A stretch of 40,113 nt of DNA from an uncultured Elusimicrobia bacterium (GCA_965368225.1 CBDUMF010000001.1:1-40113), one strand, 5' to 3'. Positions 18,672 through 27,101 are shown, counted from the stretch's first letter. The notes: generated by a model not told the origin, from the sequence alone. Numbers and translations are program-made.

Positions 18672-18689
18672 CCGCGTCGGTTAGAATGG
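18663..18689 (+). terminator. perfect 11-bp hairpin spanning the rlmN stop codon (possible terminator or RNA-stability element)
   Basis: CCATTCTAACC-gcgtc-GGTTAGAATGG. No U-tract follows, so an intrinsic-terminator role is uncertain. Confidence 0.3.
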
Positions 18690-19305
18690 GCAGGCGACGA
18701 AGTGACCGTACTTTTTTCCCCGACTTCCGCAGAAGCCCTAAAATTTAGGCCGCTCTCGACGAGAAAGACTTGAAATTTGGGTGTCCCAATGCAAAAGACG
18801 GGTTTCCATATCTTTGATTTGCTTAATATAGTCAATTATTTCAGTTTTTGCTCTACTACTATTCGCAGATTACGCTAAAACATCGCAAAAACCGCAAAAC
18901 CAAACTATTCGTAGATTACGCAAAACTGAACGCAAAAGCGCGGAAGAATAGAAGTTACAAAAGAAACCTCTGTCTTTTCTTAAATTTTTAATATTCATAA
19001 ATAATCTCCGCAATTGCCTTTTATCTAAAGTTGAGCATTATACATAGTATTCAAAAAATCAATCTCCAGGAACGTTCGCAAGAGCTAAAGCGCAAAACCA
19101 ATAATACTATAGAAAACACTAAATTTTGCGTCCTTTGCGTTTCAATGTTTTACCCTGTGTTCTCCGCGTGAATTTCACCCCGCAGGTTTCTCCGCCAAAA
19201 CCACATTGAACCCAACCTACGGGGTAAAATTCTCTTGCGCCCTCCGCGTTTCACTGTCTTTTGCGTCCTCTGCGCGAGGCTCCGGGCCTCGCACTACGAC
19301 CTCGT

Positions 19306-19459
19306 TCAATGAACATTATAAACGCTATAAACTCAATAAACGCTTAACGCTATAAACTCAATGAACGCTCAACGCTATAAACTCAATGAATGCTCAACGC
19401 TATAAACTCAATGAACGCTCAACGCTATAAACTCAATGAACGCTCAACGCTATAAACTC
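19306..19459. repeat. 25-bp tandem repeat, about 5.6 copies
   Basis: The unit AACGCTATAAACTCAATGAACGCTC starts at 19321, 19346, 19371, 19396, 19421 and 19446 (exact 25-bp phase). A degenerate partial copy precedes it. Confidence 0.9.
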
Positions 19460-19512
19460 TTCACTCCTCACTCTTTATCCTTCATCCCTTATCCCTTATC
19501 CCTTATCCTTAC
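19457..19512. repeat. heptanucleotide repeat tract (CTCCTCA / CTCTTTA / TCCCTTA words)
   Basis: CTCTTCA CTCCTCA CTCTTTA TCCTTCA TCCCTTA x3 TCCTTAC. Bases 19473-19494 are identical to 36662-36683. Confidence 0.9.
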
Positions 19513-19525
19513 CACTGTTTGCCTT

Positions 19526-19891
19526 TGCGACGGATAGTACCCCGGATTCTGTTTTATGGAATCATTTATCTGTCGCGGCCCACTTCGCGCCTTCGCTCAA
19601 AGCGAAAGGAAGGCACCTTTGACGCGCATTTGGCCTTGCTCCGGGCGGGGTTTGCCATGCCTTAAAAGATTACTCTTTTAAGCGGTGCGCTCTTACCGCA
19701 CCTTTTCACCCTTATCCGCCTGAGGCGGACGGTATATTTTCTGTTGCACTTTCCGTCTAAGCGGATATTGCCGCTTATCCCGGACTTATGCCCTTTCGCA
19801 AAAGCTCAAGGGTTTAATCCGGCGCCCTTGCCTTTGGAGTCCGGAAGTTCCTCCCCTGCCGAAAGGCGGAGGCGATTCCTCATCCGACGCA
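19526..19891 (-). ncRNA. rnpB: RNase P RNA, bacterial type A (boundaries +/- about 10 nt)
   Basis: The minus strand reads GGGGAGGAACUUCCGGACUCC, AAGGGUGAAAAGGUGCGGUAAGAGCGCACCGC, CCCGGAGCAAGGCCAAAU and ACAGAAUCCGGGG in the canonical order. The ends pair as P1 (UGCGUCGGAU / AUCCGUCGCA). Confidence 0.85.
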
Positions 19892-19925
19892 AAAAACAAA
19901 CAGCATTCATTAAAAGCGGGATTAG

Positions 19926-20195
19926 ATGCTCTGTCCAATAAATAGTTAATGGTTTGGAAAGCCAGATTTGAGGCAAGTTCAAGGCTCGGGCGCGCGCATA
20001 CCTGAAGGGGGCTGCATGCAAGGAGCAACGAAGAAATTGACCAAATATGGCTTTCCCTATAAGGGCAGGTTACTTTTGGGCTGCAACTTCGTCATTCATC
20101 GCTCACATACCACAACAGGTATGCTTACTCTTCATTCCTTGTTTCGCTCCAAAATTAACTCTGCCAAACTATCAAATATCTATTGGACAGAGCAT
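19926..20195. repeat. 270-bp element bounded by perfect 15-bp terminal inverted repeats (MITE-like or structured RNA locus)
   Basis: ATGCTCTGTCCAATA (19926-19940) and its exact reverse complement TATTGGACAGAGCAT (20181-20195). TAG sits on both outer flanks. There is an internal 15-bp imperfect inverted repeat (19956-19970 / 20042-20056). Confidence 0.5.
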
Positions 20196-20674
20196 TAGAA
20201 CAAATCGGGTTGGTGAAACTTCTTTTCGTTTTCTTTTTGTATGCTTTTGCCCAGGCGTTTATTAATCTTTATTTTGTTGAGAATCTGATTTACAAGTTTG
20301 TCGGCGACCTTGTTTTTGGCGCGGGGAATATAAGAAAGAGTTACTTTGTATTTTGCAGCTTCCCTCATTATCTCTGCCATAAGATTAAACAGCACCGTGT
20401 TCTTTATCTTATATTCTCCGCTGAACTGTCGCACCAAAAGATCGGAATCGGAAAATATTTCAAGATGCGTGGCTTTTAGATATTTTGCCGCTGACAATGC
20501 CTGCATAAGAGCGTTATATTCCGCGAAATTGTTGGTGCATATACCCAAATATTTCGCCTCTTCATGAACAAGTTTTTCGTTCTGGTCGAAAATAACCACA
20601 GAGCACGCTCCGTGACCTGGATTTCCTCTCGAACCTCCGTCTATGTATATCTTAAACTTTTTGGTTTTAGTCAT
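20195..20674 (-). CDS. rnhA: ribonuclease HI
   Basis: IYIDGGSRGNPG, NNFAEYNALMQAL, IFSDSDLLVRQ, the C-terminal N..AD.L motif. 159 aa. Confidence 0.9.
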   Translation of the reverse strand: MTKTKKFKIYIDGGSRGNPGHGACSVVIFDQNEKLVHEEAKYLGICTNNFAEYNALMQALSAAKYLKATHLEIFSDSDLLVRQFSGEYKIKNTVLFNLMAEIMREAAKYKVTLSYIPRAKNKVADKLVNQILNKIKINKRLGKSIQKENEKKFHQPDLF

Positions 20675-20711
20675 CTCTTGAATTAATTTCGAGTGTTTTT
20701 CAAATCAAGTT

Positions 20712-21470
20712 TTATTTTTCGTTCTCCTCTTTGAAAGAGCCCGGCGCGACCTTCAAACAAAGCATTCTCTGGCAATTGTCACAGATAGCTATGACGTTGG
20801 GTTTGCGCAGTTCACCGCTTTTCTTTGAGGTTAAAGCCATATTGCAGCCGCTGCAGAAATACTTACCGTCCCTTTCCTCAGCCTCAACCAGAGCCTCTCC
20901 CTTTTTGGAGCGAAGATACTCATATTTTTCAAGCAATTGTGCGCTTATTTTTAGAGCCATCTCCCGCCTTGACTCCATTTCTCCTTTCAGCACATTTTCT
21001 ATTTCACAAGAACGTTTTCTCAAAGCGTCTATCTCCTGCCTTTTGCCTTTTTCCATTTCCATAAATTCGCCTTTGCGTTTCCTTTCCGCTTTCTGCGCCT
21101 CTTCCAGTTCATCCAGCAAAGATATCTCATCATTTTCAAGGCTGTCTATTCCATTCTTAATCCTTTCTATTTCCGTCAGAATCGCTTTATACGCTTCGTT
21201 ATTCTTAACAGCGTTTAACTCCTTCTGATGCTTCAAGACATTTTCTTCCTTTTCTTTTATCAAAAGTTCCATCTCTCTGCTTTTCACCTGCAAATTTAAC
21301 ACTCTTTTCCTGGCTTCTTCAAGAAGATCCTTCTTCGCTTCCATATCCTTCTCGATTTCAGCAATTTTTAAAGGAATCAAATCCATTTCCTCGCGCATGG
21401 AATTAATTCGCCTGTCCTTTTTCTGAAGAGCCATCAATTTATCTAATTCCTGCGTATATATAATGTCCAT
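20712..21470 (-). CDS. coiled-coil protein with C-terminal C4 zinc ribbon (COG1579-like)
   Basis: A long Glu/Lys-rich coiled coil followed by CSGCNMAL...CDNCQRML. Confidence 0.7.
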   Translation of the reverse strand: MDIIYTQELDKLMALQKKDRRINSMREEMDLIPLKIAEIEKDMEAKKDLLEEARKRVLNLQVKSREMELLIKEKEENVLKHQKELNAVKNNEAYKAILTEIERIKNGIDSLENDEISLLDELEEAQKAERKRKGEFMEMEKGKRQEIDALRKRSCEIENVLKGEMESRREMALKISAQLLEKYEYLRSKKGEALVEAEERDGKYFCSGCNMALTSKKSGELRKPNVIAICDNCQRMLCLKVAPGSFKEENEK

Positions 21471-21546
21471 CGCTAATTATTATACAAAACCTTTTCACCA
21501 GGAGGAAAAATTCCGAATGTCATAACGTTACGGAGTTAAGAAACGT

Positions 21547-21562
21547 CCGGAAGAATTTCCGG
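21547..21562 (-). terminator. small hairpin just after the metF stop (weak terminator candidate)
   Basis: On the minus strand: CCGGAA-attc-TTCCGG followed by ACGUUUCUU. Confidence 0.25.
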
Positions 21563-21565
21563 CAT

Positions 21566-22417
21566 TTATTTCAGTCCTTTTAAGATTTCCATTGTCGCAT
21601 TCGAGCGATTTAATGTGTAAAAATGGATTCCTTTAGCCCCTTGTTTCAGCAAACTTTCGCACTGACGCCTTGCATAATCAATACTGAACTTCAACATATC
21701 TTTTTCATTTCCTGAATACTTTTCTATTCCCTCAAGCAGTTTGCGTGGCATGGCAACTTTTAGTCCTTTTGTGAATTTGATTATCTGCTTGTAGTTCGTC
21801 ACCGGCATTATCCCCGGAATTATTTGAAGAGTAATGGAATGGGATAAACACTTATCAAGAAAGGCAAAGTAATGTTCATTCTTAAAAAAGAGCTGGGTAA
21901 TGGCAAAATCCGCTCCGGCGTCCTCCTTGCGCTTCAAATTGTCCAAATCCAGTTTCCAGTTCTTCGCCTCAGGATGTTTTTCAGGATACGCCGCCACCCC
22001 TATCAAGAAATTGCCGCCCTTTCTAATGTCCCTTACCAATTCATATGCCCTTTTGTAGTCGCTTTTAAAAACTCCTCCTATATTCTTTTCGTCTCCGCGC
22101 AAAGCCAGAATATTTTTGATTCCGGAATCTTCGAGCGTGGAAAGCATTCTTGAGATTTCTCTCTTAGTATGGGCTATGCAGGTCATGTGGGACACGACTT
22201 CAATGTCAAATTTTTCTTTTATCAATATTGAAAGAGCGGCCGTATTGTAGGACGGGCCAACGGTAGAGTTGGTTATGGAAACGAAATCCGGTTTAAGGCT
22301 TTTTAACCGTTTTACGGATTCATACAGCATTTCAACTGCTTTGTCGTTTTTGGGCGGATAGAATTCAAAAGAAAATAACTTTTTGTTTTTGTCCTTAATC
22401 TTCTCTTTAAGATTCAT
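21566..22417 (-). CDS. metF: 5,10-methylenetetrahydrofolate reductase
   Basis: FSFEFYPPK N-terminal motif, LRGD, ITQLFF. 283 aa. Confidence 0.9.
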   Translation of the reverse strand: MNLKEKIKDKNKKLFSFEFYPPKNDKAVEMLYESVKRLKSLKPDFVSITNSTVGPSYNTAALSILIKEKFDIEVVSHMTCIAHTKREISRMLSTLEDSGIKNILALRGDEKNIGGVFKSDYKRAYELVRDIRKGGNFLIGVAAYPEKHPEAKNWKLDLDNLKRKEDAGADFAITQLFFKNEHYFAFLDKCLSHSITLQIIPGIMPVTNYKQIIKFTKGLKVAMPRKLLEGIEKYSGNEKDMLKFSIDYARRQCESLLKQGAKGIHFYTLNRSNATMEILKGLK

Positions 22418-22472
22418 AAAACCGCCTGTAGTTGAACTACCCCCCCCGTATTCTTCTCCCTATGTTTATGTT

Positions 22473-23465
22473 TTATTTCGACACCTGCATTCTTTTCGGC
22501 GGCCAGTAGATAAACCATGCTTTTCCCTTTATCAAATACTCCGGCACAGGCCCCCAATATCTTGAATCGCATGACCTGTCTCTGTTATCGCCCATAACAA
22601 AATAACTGTTTTTCGGCACCTTGACCGGCCCGAAGTTATCCCGCACATATTCCCCCAGCATTTTTCCTATTTCTCTCTTTTGCCAATACCACTGGTATTT
22701 TGTCCATGGAATTTTTATGTTTGCAGGAGGTATTCTGTTGAAGCCGTCCACATACTGAGCGTAGTCCTCTAAAACCAATTTTCCATTTACATAAAGCCGC
22801 CCCTCTTTCACCTCAATCTCATCTCCCTCAATTCCTATAACCCGTTTAATAAAATCTTTTCCGTATTGATGTCCTCCGCACTGAAATTCATTCGGGCTAT
22901 TAGAGGGAAATCTGAATATAACTATGTCACCCCTTTTTATTTTTTTGAACTTCAATATTTTCTTTTTGGTATAAGGAATTCTTATTCCGTAAATAATTTT
23001 GTTCACAAACAGGTGGTCTCCCTCTAAAAACGTCATTCTCATGGAGCCGGAAGGAATTTTAAAAGCCTGAAGAAAAACATACATAACAATCGAAGCCAAT
23101 ATAACCGCCGAAAAAATCGTCTCCGACCATTCTATATCATGCTTTAAAATTTTATTTCTTTCTTTTTCACTTTTAAGATTCTTTCTGCCAGAAGAGAAAT
23201 AAGTGTAAATTCCAGCCACCAGCCCGGACAAAAATCCATACACGAGCTGCTTCCTGGAAAATAAAACTGCCGTCACGACAATGCCGCTGTTATTGTCGAG
23301 ACTCACTGCAACCATGAGACCCGCCACAAAGAAAAAAAGAAAGGCAAAAAAAGAATGCCACCACCTTAAAAATTTCGCGTTAAATTTCCTTTTATCCTTG
23401 AAATGATGGGTCAGGAATAGATGTAAGCCCATTATTATGCCAACCCAAAAGAGTTTTTCTTCCAT
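22473..23465 (-). CDS. lepB: signal peptidase I with extended multi-TM N-terminus
   Basis: Catalytic Ser motif PSGSMRMTF, the Lys box, and GDNRDRSCDSRYWG. Confidence 0.85.
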   Translation of the reverse strand: MEEKLFWVGIIMGLHLFLTHHFKDKRKFNAKFLRWWHSFFAFLFFFVAGLMVAVSLDNNSGIVVTAVLFSRKQLVYGFLSGLVAGIYTYFSSGRKNLKSEKERNKILKHDIEWSETIFSAVILASIVMYVFLQAFKIPSGSMRMTFLEGDHLFVNKIIYGIRIPYTKKKILKFKKIKRGDIVIFRFPSNSPNEFQCGGHQYGKDFIKRVIGIEGDEIEVKEGRLYVNGKLVLEDYAQYVDGFNRIPPANIKIPWTKYQWYWQKREIGKMLGEYVRDNFGPVKVPKNSYFVMGDNRDRSCDSRYWGPVPEYLIKGKAWFIYWPPKRMQVSK

Positions 23466-23481
23466 TGTATCTCCTTATTCG

Positions 23482-25278
23482 CTATTTCTCATTTACCCTG
23501 AGAATAGACATAAACGCTTCGTTGGGCAATTCCACACTGCCAAGCATTTTCATTTTCTTTTTACCTTCTTTCTGCTTTTGCAAAAGTTTCCTTTTCCTTG
23601 TCACATCTCCGCCGTAACATTTCGCTATTACATCCTTTCTTGCGGCAGGCACTGTCTCTCTCGCTATTATCCTTCCTTTTACGCGAGCCTGCACAGCAAC
23701 CTCAAATAAATGTCTCGGTATCACCTTCTTGAGTCTCTCACATATAAATTTCGCCATTGAGTGTTTCCTGGAGTCATGAACTATGAACGACAGCGCATCC
23801 ACAACTTCGCCGTGAAGCAGCACATCTATTTTTACCATATCCGAAGAGCAATACTCCTCAAATTCATAATCAAAAGAGGCATATCCCCTGGAAACAGACT
23901 TTAACCTGTCATAGAAATCCATAATTACCTCGTTCAGAGGCAAACGATATTCAATAATCACTCTGCTTGATGATATATAATCTATCTTAACATGTTTCCC
24001 CCGCTTCTCCTTGAGAAGATTCAAGACCCCCTCCATAAACTTGAGCGGAGTCAGTATGGAGGCTTTAACGACAGGTTCTTCCACGTTCAATATATCCCCA
24101 TAATGCGGAAACTGCGATGGATTTGTAACTAAAATCTTTTTCGTCGAATTTTTCACAAGCACCCTGTAAACGACATTGGGACTGGTCACTATAAGGGAAA
24201 TGCCAAACTCCCGCTGAAGTCTTTCCCTGATTATGTCCATATGAAGAATCCCCATAAAACCAAGGCGGAATCCGAAACCCAGCGCTTTTGAAGTTTCTCC
24301 CTGCCAGGTAAAGGAAGAATCAGTCAGACTCAACTTTTCAATGGCGGTTTTAAGCAAGGGATAATCGGAGCCGCTGACCGGAAAAAAGCCCGCGAAAACC
24401 ACGGGTTTTACCTCTTCATATCCTTCTAGCGGCTTCACATTCACAAATTTCCTGAAAATCGTGTCTCCCATTTTTATTTCATGCGTGTTTTTTATTCCGG
24501 CTATAATATAGCCGACTTCGCCGGCGGAAATTTTTTCCGTTCTGGTAAGGTCGGGCGAAAAAATTCCCGTCTCCTCGACCTTGTAGGAAGCCCTGGTGGA
24601 ATAAAAACTTATGTCCATTCCAGGAAATATCACTCCGTCCACCACACGCGCAAAAATCACAACTCCCCTATACGAATCGTAAAACGAGTCGAATATAAGC
24701 GCCCTGAGAGGCTTGTTTTCATCGCCCTTTGGCCCGGGAATTTCCCTGATTATCCTTTCAAGCAGTTCTTGGGCCCCCTCCCCGTTTTTAGCGCTTATCC
24801 TGAAAGCCGGAACTGGTTCTCTTAAAATTTCCCATATCTGTTCCTCCGTGGAATCTGAATCGGCATGTTCCAGATCTATCTTATTTATTACGGGTAATAT
24901 TTTAAGCCCGAGTTTTTGTGCCATATGCGCATGTGCCAGAGTCTGCGCTTCAACGCCCTGGGAAGCATCCACAAGGAGCAGAGCGCCCTCGCAGGCCGCC
25001 AACGCCCTTGAAACCTCATATGAAAAATCCACATGACCCGGAGTGTCTATCAAATTTAACACGTATTTCTTGCCGTCCTGAAGCGACACATAATTCATTC
25101 TCACAGCCTTGGCTTTTATGGTTATCCCTCTCTCCCTTTCAAGTTCCATCTTATCCATAAACTGCTCTTTCATCTGCCTATTCGGAACAAGCTTGGTTAT
25201 CTCTATAAACCTGTCGGCAAGAGTGGACTTTCCATGGTCTATGTGGGCTATAATTGAAAAATTCCTTATGTTCTTCAT
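23482..25278 (-). CDS. lepA: translation elongation factor 4
   Basis: IRNFSIIAHIDHGKSTLADR, DTPGHVDF, NKID, and the LepA-specific C-terminus. 598 aa. Confidence 0.97.
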   Translation of the reverse strand: MKNIRNFSIIAHIDHGKSTLADRFIEITKLVPNRQMKEQFMDKMELERERGITIKAKAVRMNYVSLQDGKKYVLNLIDTPGHVDFSYEVSRALAACEGALLLVDASQGVEAQTLAHAHMAQKLGLKILPVINKIDLEHADSDSTEEQIWEILREPVPAFRISAKNGEGAQELLERIIREIPGPKGDENKPLRALIFDSFYDSYRGVVIFARVVDGVIFPGMDISFYSTRASYKVEETGIFSPDLTRTEKISAGEVGYIIAGIKNTHEIKMGDTIFRKFVNVKPLEGYEEVKPVVFAGFFPVSGSDYPLLKTAIEKLSLTDSSFTWQGETSKALGFGFRLGFMGILHMDIIRERLQREFGISLIVTSPNVVYRVLVKNSTKKILVTNPSQFPHYGDILNVEEPVVKASILTPLKFMEGVLNLLKEKRGKHVKIDYISSSRVIIEYRLPLNEVIMDFYDRLKSVSRGYASFDYEFEEYCSSDMVKIDVLLHGEVVDALSFIVHDSRKHSMAKFICERLKKVIPRHLFEVAVQARVKGRIIARETVPAARKDVIAKCYGGDVTRKRKLLQKQKEGKKKMKMLGSVELPNEAFMSILRVNEK

Positions 25279-27008
25279 CAGTAAATCACATGATCCTTAA
25301 GCAATGCTTTTATATCGTCGGACCTGACAAGCCCCAGCGCGTTCTGCGCAACCTGCACCATTTCTTCAAAGCCTATGGACCTGAGTACATACTTTAACCT
25401 CAAATACATTTTGACAGGGACCGAAAGAATGTCCACCCCGAGTCCCACAAGAAGAGCGGCGGCAAGCGGTTCAGTAGCCATCTCCCCACATACAGAAACC
25501 TTCTTTCCTTTTTTGTGAGCGGTTTGAACTATCAGATTTATGATTCTCAGGACCGCGGGATGATAGTGGTCGTATAGCTCCGAAACGCCATGGTTGACTC
25601 TATCCACCGCCAGCATATATTGCACAAGGTCATTGGTTCCTATGGAAACAAAATCTATTTCGCCCAATATAGAATCCAATACCAGGGCAGCTGAAGGTAT
25701 TTCCACCATAATTCCGAATTCAACATCAAGATTTGATTTTATTTTTGTCGCGGCAATTTCATTCCTGCATTCAAGGGCTATCTCTTTAAAAGCATTTATT
25801 TCCTCCATATTGGAAACCATCGGTATCATGATTTTTGCGTTGCCGTGAACATTTGCCCGGTATATGGCGCTAATCTGATTTTTAAGGAGTTCAGGATGTT
25901 TGAGGAAAAATCTTATTCCCCTCAGTCCCATAAACGGGTTCCTCTCGTCCTCAAATTCCCGCATCACGAACTGCGGAGCCCTGTCCCCCCCTATATCAGC
26001 CGTGCGTATTATCACCGGGGAGTTCGGCAGATTCTTCAAGAATTTATAGTAAATCGCAGTCTGTTCTTCAACTGACGGGAACTCGTCTCTGTTCATATAC
26101 AGCATTTCGGTCCTGAAGAGCCCTATGCCGTCAGGACTTATATCCTTGATAACCTTCACTGAATCTGTAACATCCACATTGACCATAAGAGAAATTCTTT
26201 TGCCGTCGCGGGTGGCAGTCGGCAATTTTTTAAGTCCCCGAAAAAATCTCTCCTCCTGGAGAAGAGACTTTCTCTTCTCGGCATACTCCCTGAGGGTATC
26301 CTCGTCCGGGGAAAGTATAACTATCCCCTTTTCGCCGTCAACTATTATGTTTTCTCCATCGTTAATCTGCGCGGTAATGTCAGAAAGTCCTACCACCGCC
26401 GGGATGCCAACGCTCTGGGCGAATATCGCCGTATGGCTTGATTTATTGCCCATATCAGTGCAAAAAGCCAGAACCTTTCCGGACTCTTTTATCTGTATGG
26501 TGTCGGATGGATACAGATTATGAGCGACAAGTATCACCGGTTCGCTCAGATTTTTGAGACTCACGATTTTTTTCCTGATTAAATGAGAGATGATTTTTTT
26601 GCAAACATCAAATATATCATTCTTTCTCTCGTGAAAGAAATCGTCCTTTATCTTATTGAAATCCCTGCCTGTTTTCTCCATCACTTCTGAAAGGGCGGAT
26701 TCGGCAGTAATTCCCTTTTCCACTATAAGCAGGGGCACATCCTTGGTTATCAGCGGATCCTTCAAAATCAGATGATGCACTTCTATAAGCTTTGCGTGTT
26801 GATGCCCAAGGACATTCAGAACTTTTTCTTTCAGTTTATCTAAATCTTTTTCAACCTTTGTGATTGCCTCTTTGAAACGCTTTATCTCGCTTTTGGTTTT
26901 TTCTTTGGGTATATCCTTTTTTTCTATGTATATTCTTTCTTCCTTTAGAAGATGCACCCTGCCTATAGCGATACCTATGCTCGCCGGCACCCCTGTTTTG
27001 ACTATCAT
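25278..27008 (-). CDS. ptsI: phosphoenolpyruvate-protein phosphotransferase (PTS enzyme I)
   Basis: Active-site His context GNKSSHTAIFAQSVGIPAVVG, GLFRTE, SIGTNDL. The start is set at MIVKTG. Confidence 0.93.
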   Translation of the reverse strand: MIVKTGVPASIGIAIGRVHLLKEERIYIEKKDIPKEKTKSEIKRFKEAITKVEKDLDKLKEKVLNVLGHQHAKLIEVHHLILKDPLITKDVPLLIVEKGITAESALSEVMEKTGRDFNKIKDDFFHERKNDIFDVCKKIISHLIRKKIVSLKNLSEPVILVAHNLYPSDTIQIKESGKVLAFCTDMGNKSSHTAIFAQSVGIPAVVGLSDITAQINDGENIIVDGEKGIVILSPDEDTLREYAEKRKSLLQEERFFRGLKKLPTATRDGKRISLMVNVDVTDSVKVIKDISPDGIGLFRTEMLYMNRDEFPSVEEQTAIYYKFLKNLPNSPVIIRTADIGGDRAPQFVMREFEDERNPFMGLRGIRFFLKHPELLKNQISAIYRANVHGNAKIMIPMVSNMEEINAFKEIALECRNEIAATKIKSNLDVEFGIMVEIPSAALVLDSILGEIDFVSIGTNDLVQYMLAVDRVNHGVSELYDHYHPAVLRIINLIVQTAHKKGKKVSVCGEMATEPLAAALLVGLGVDILSVPVKMYLRLKYVLRSIGFEEMVQVAQNALGLVRSDDIKALLKDHVIY

Positions 27009-27101
27009 AACCCTTTCTCCTTGCGGCAAATCGCCAACTTATCATTTCTTAAGACTTTCAGTCTCATCTTTAACATATCAATGAAGTTGTTTGACAAAAT
27101 T

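Noticed and set aside
18789-19070. Small ORFs in the ORF-free region (for example a 29-codon plus-strand ORF from 18789 and a 42-codon minus-strand ORF from about 19000), or a tmRNA/SRP RNA/6S RNA gene here or at 19945-20180
   Set aside because: The ORFs have no RBS and their sequence is dictated by the repeat words. I found no tmRNA tag or T-arm, no SRP domain IV motif, and no 6S-type end-to-end helix.
19306-19459. Possible CRISPR array (regular 25-bp repeats)
   Set aside because: The repeat units are contiguous with no spacers, the unit is shorter than typical CRISPR repeats, and there are no cas genes in the window. It is a plain tandem repeat.
19744-20265. Track ORFs 19744-19941(+), 19786-20028(-), 19806-20021(-), 19968-20198(+) and 20047-20265(+) as protein genes
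   Set aside because: They overlap the RNase P RNA gene or the TIR-bounded element, overlap each other in several frames, and have no RBS and Arg/Ser/Pro-rich or low-complexity translations. They are spurious.
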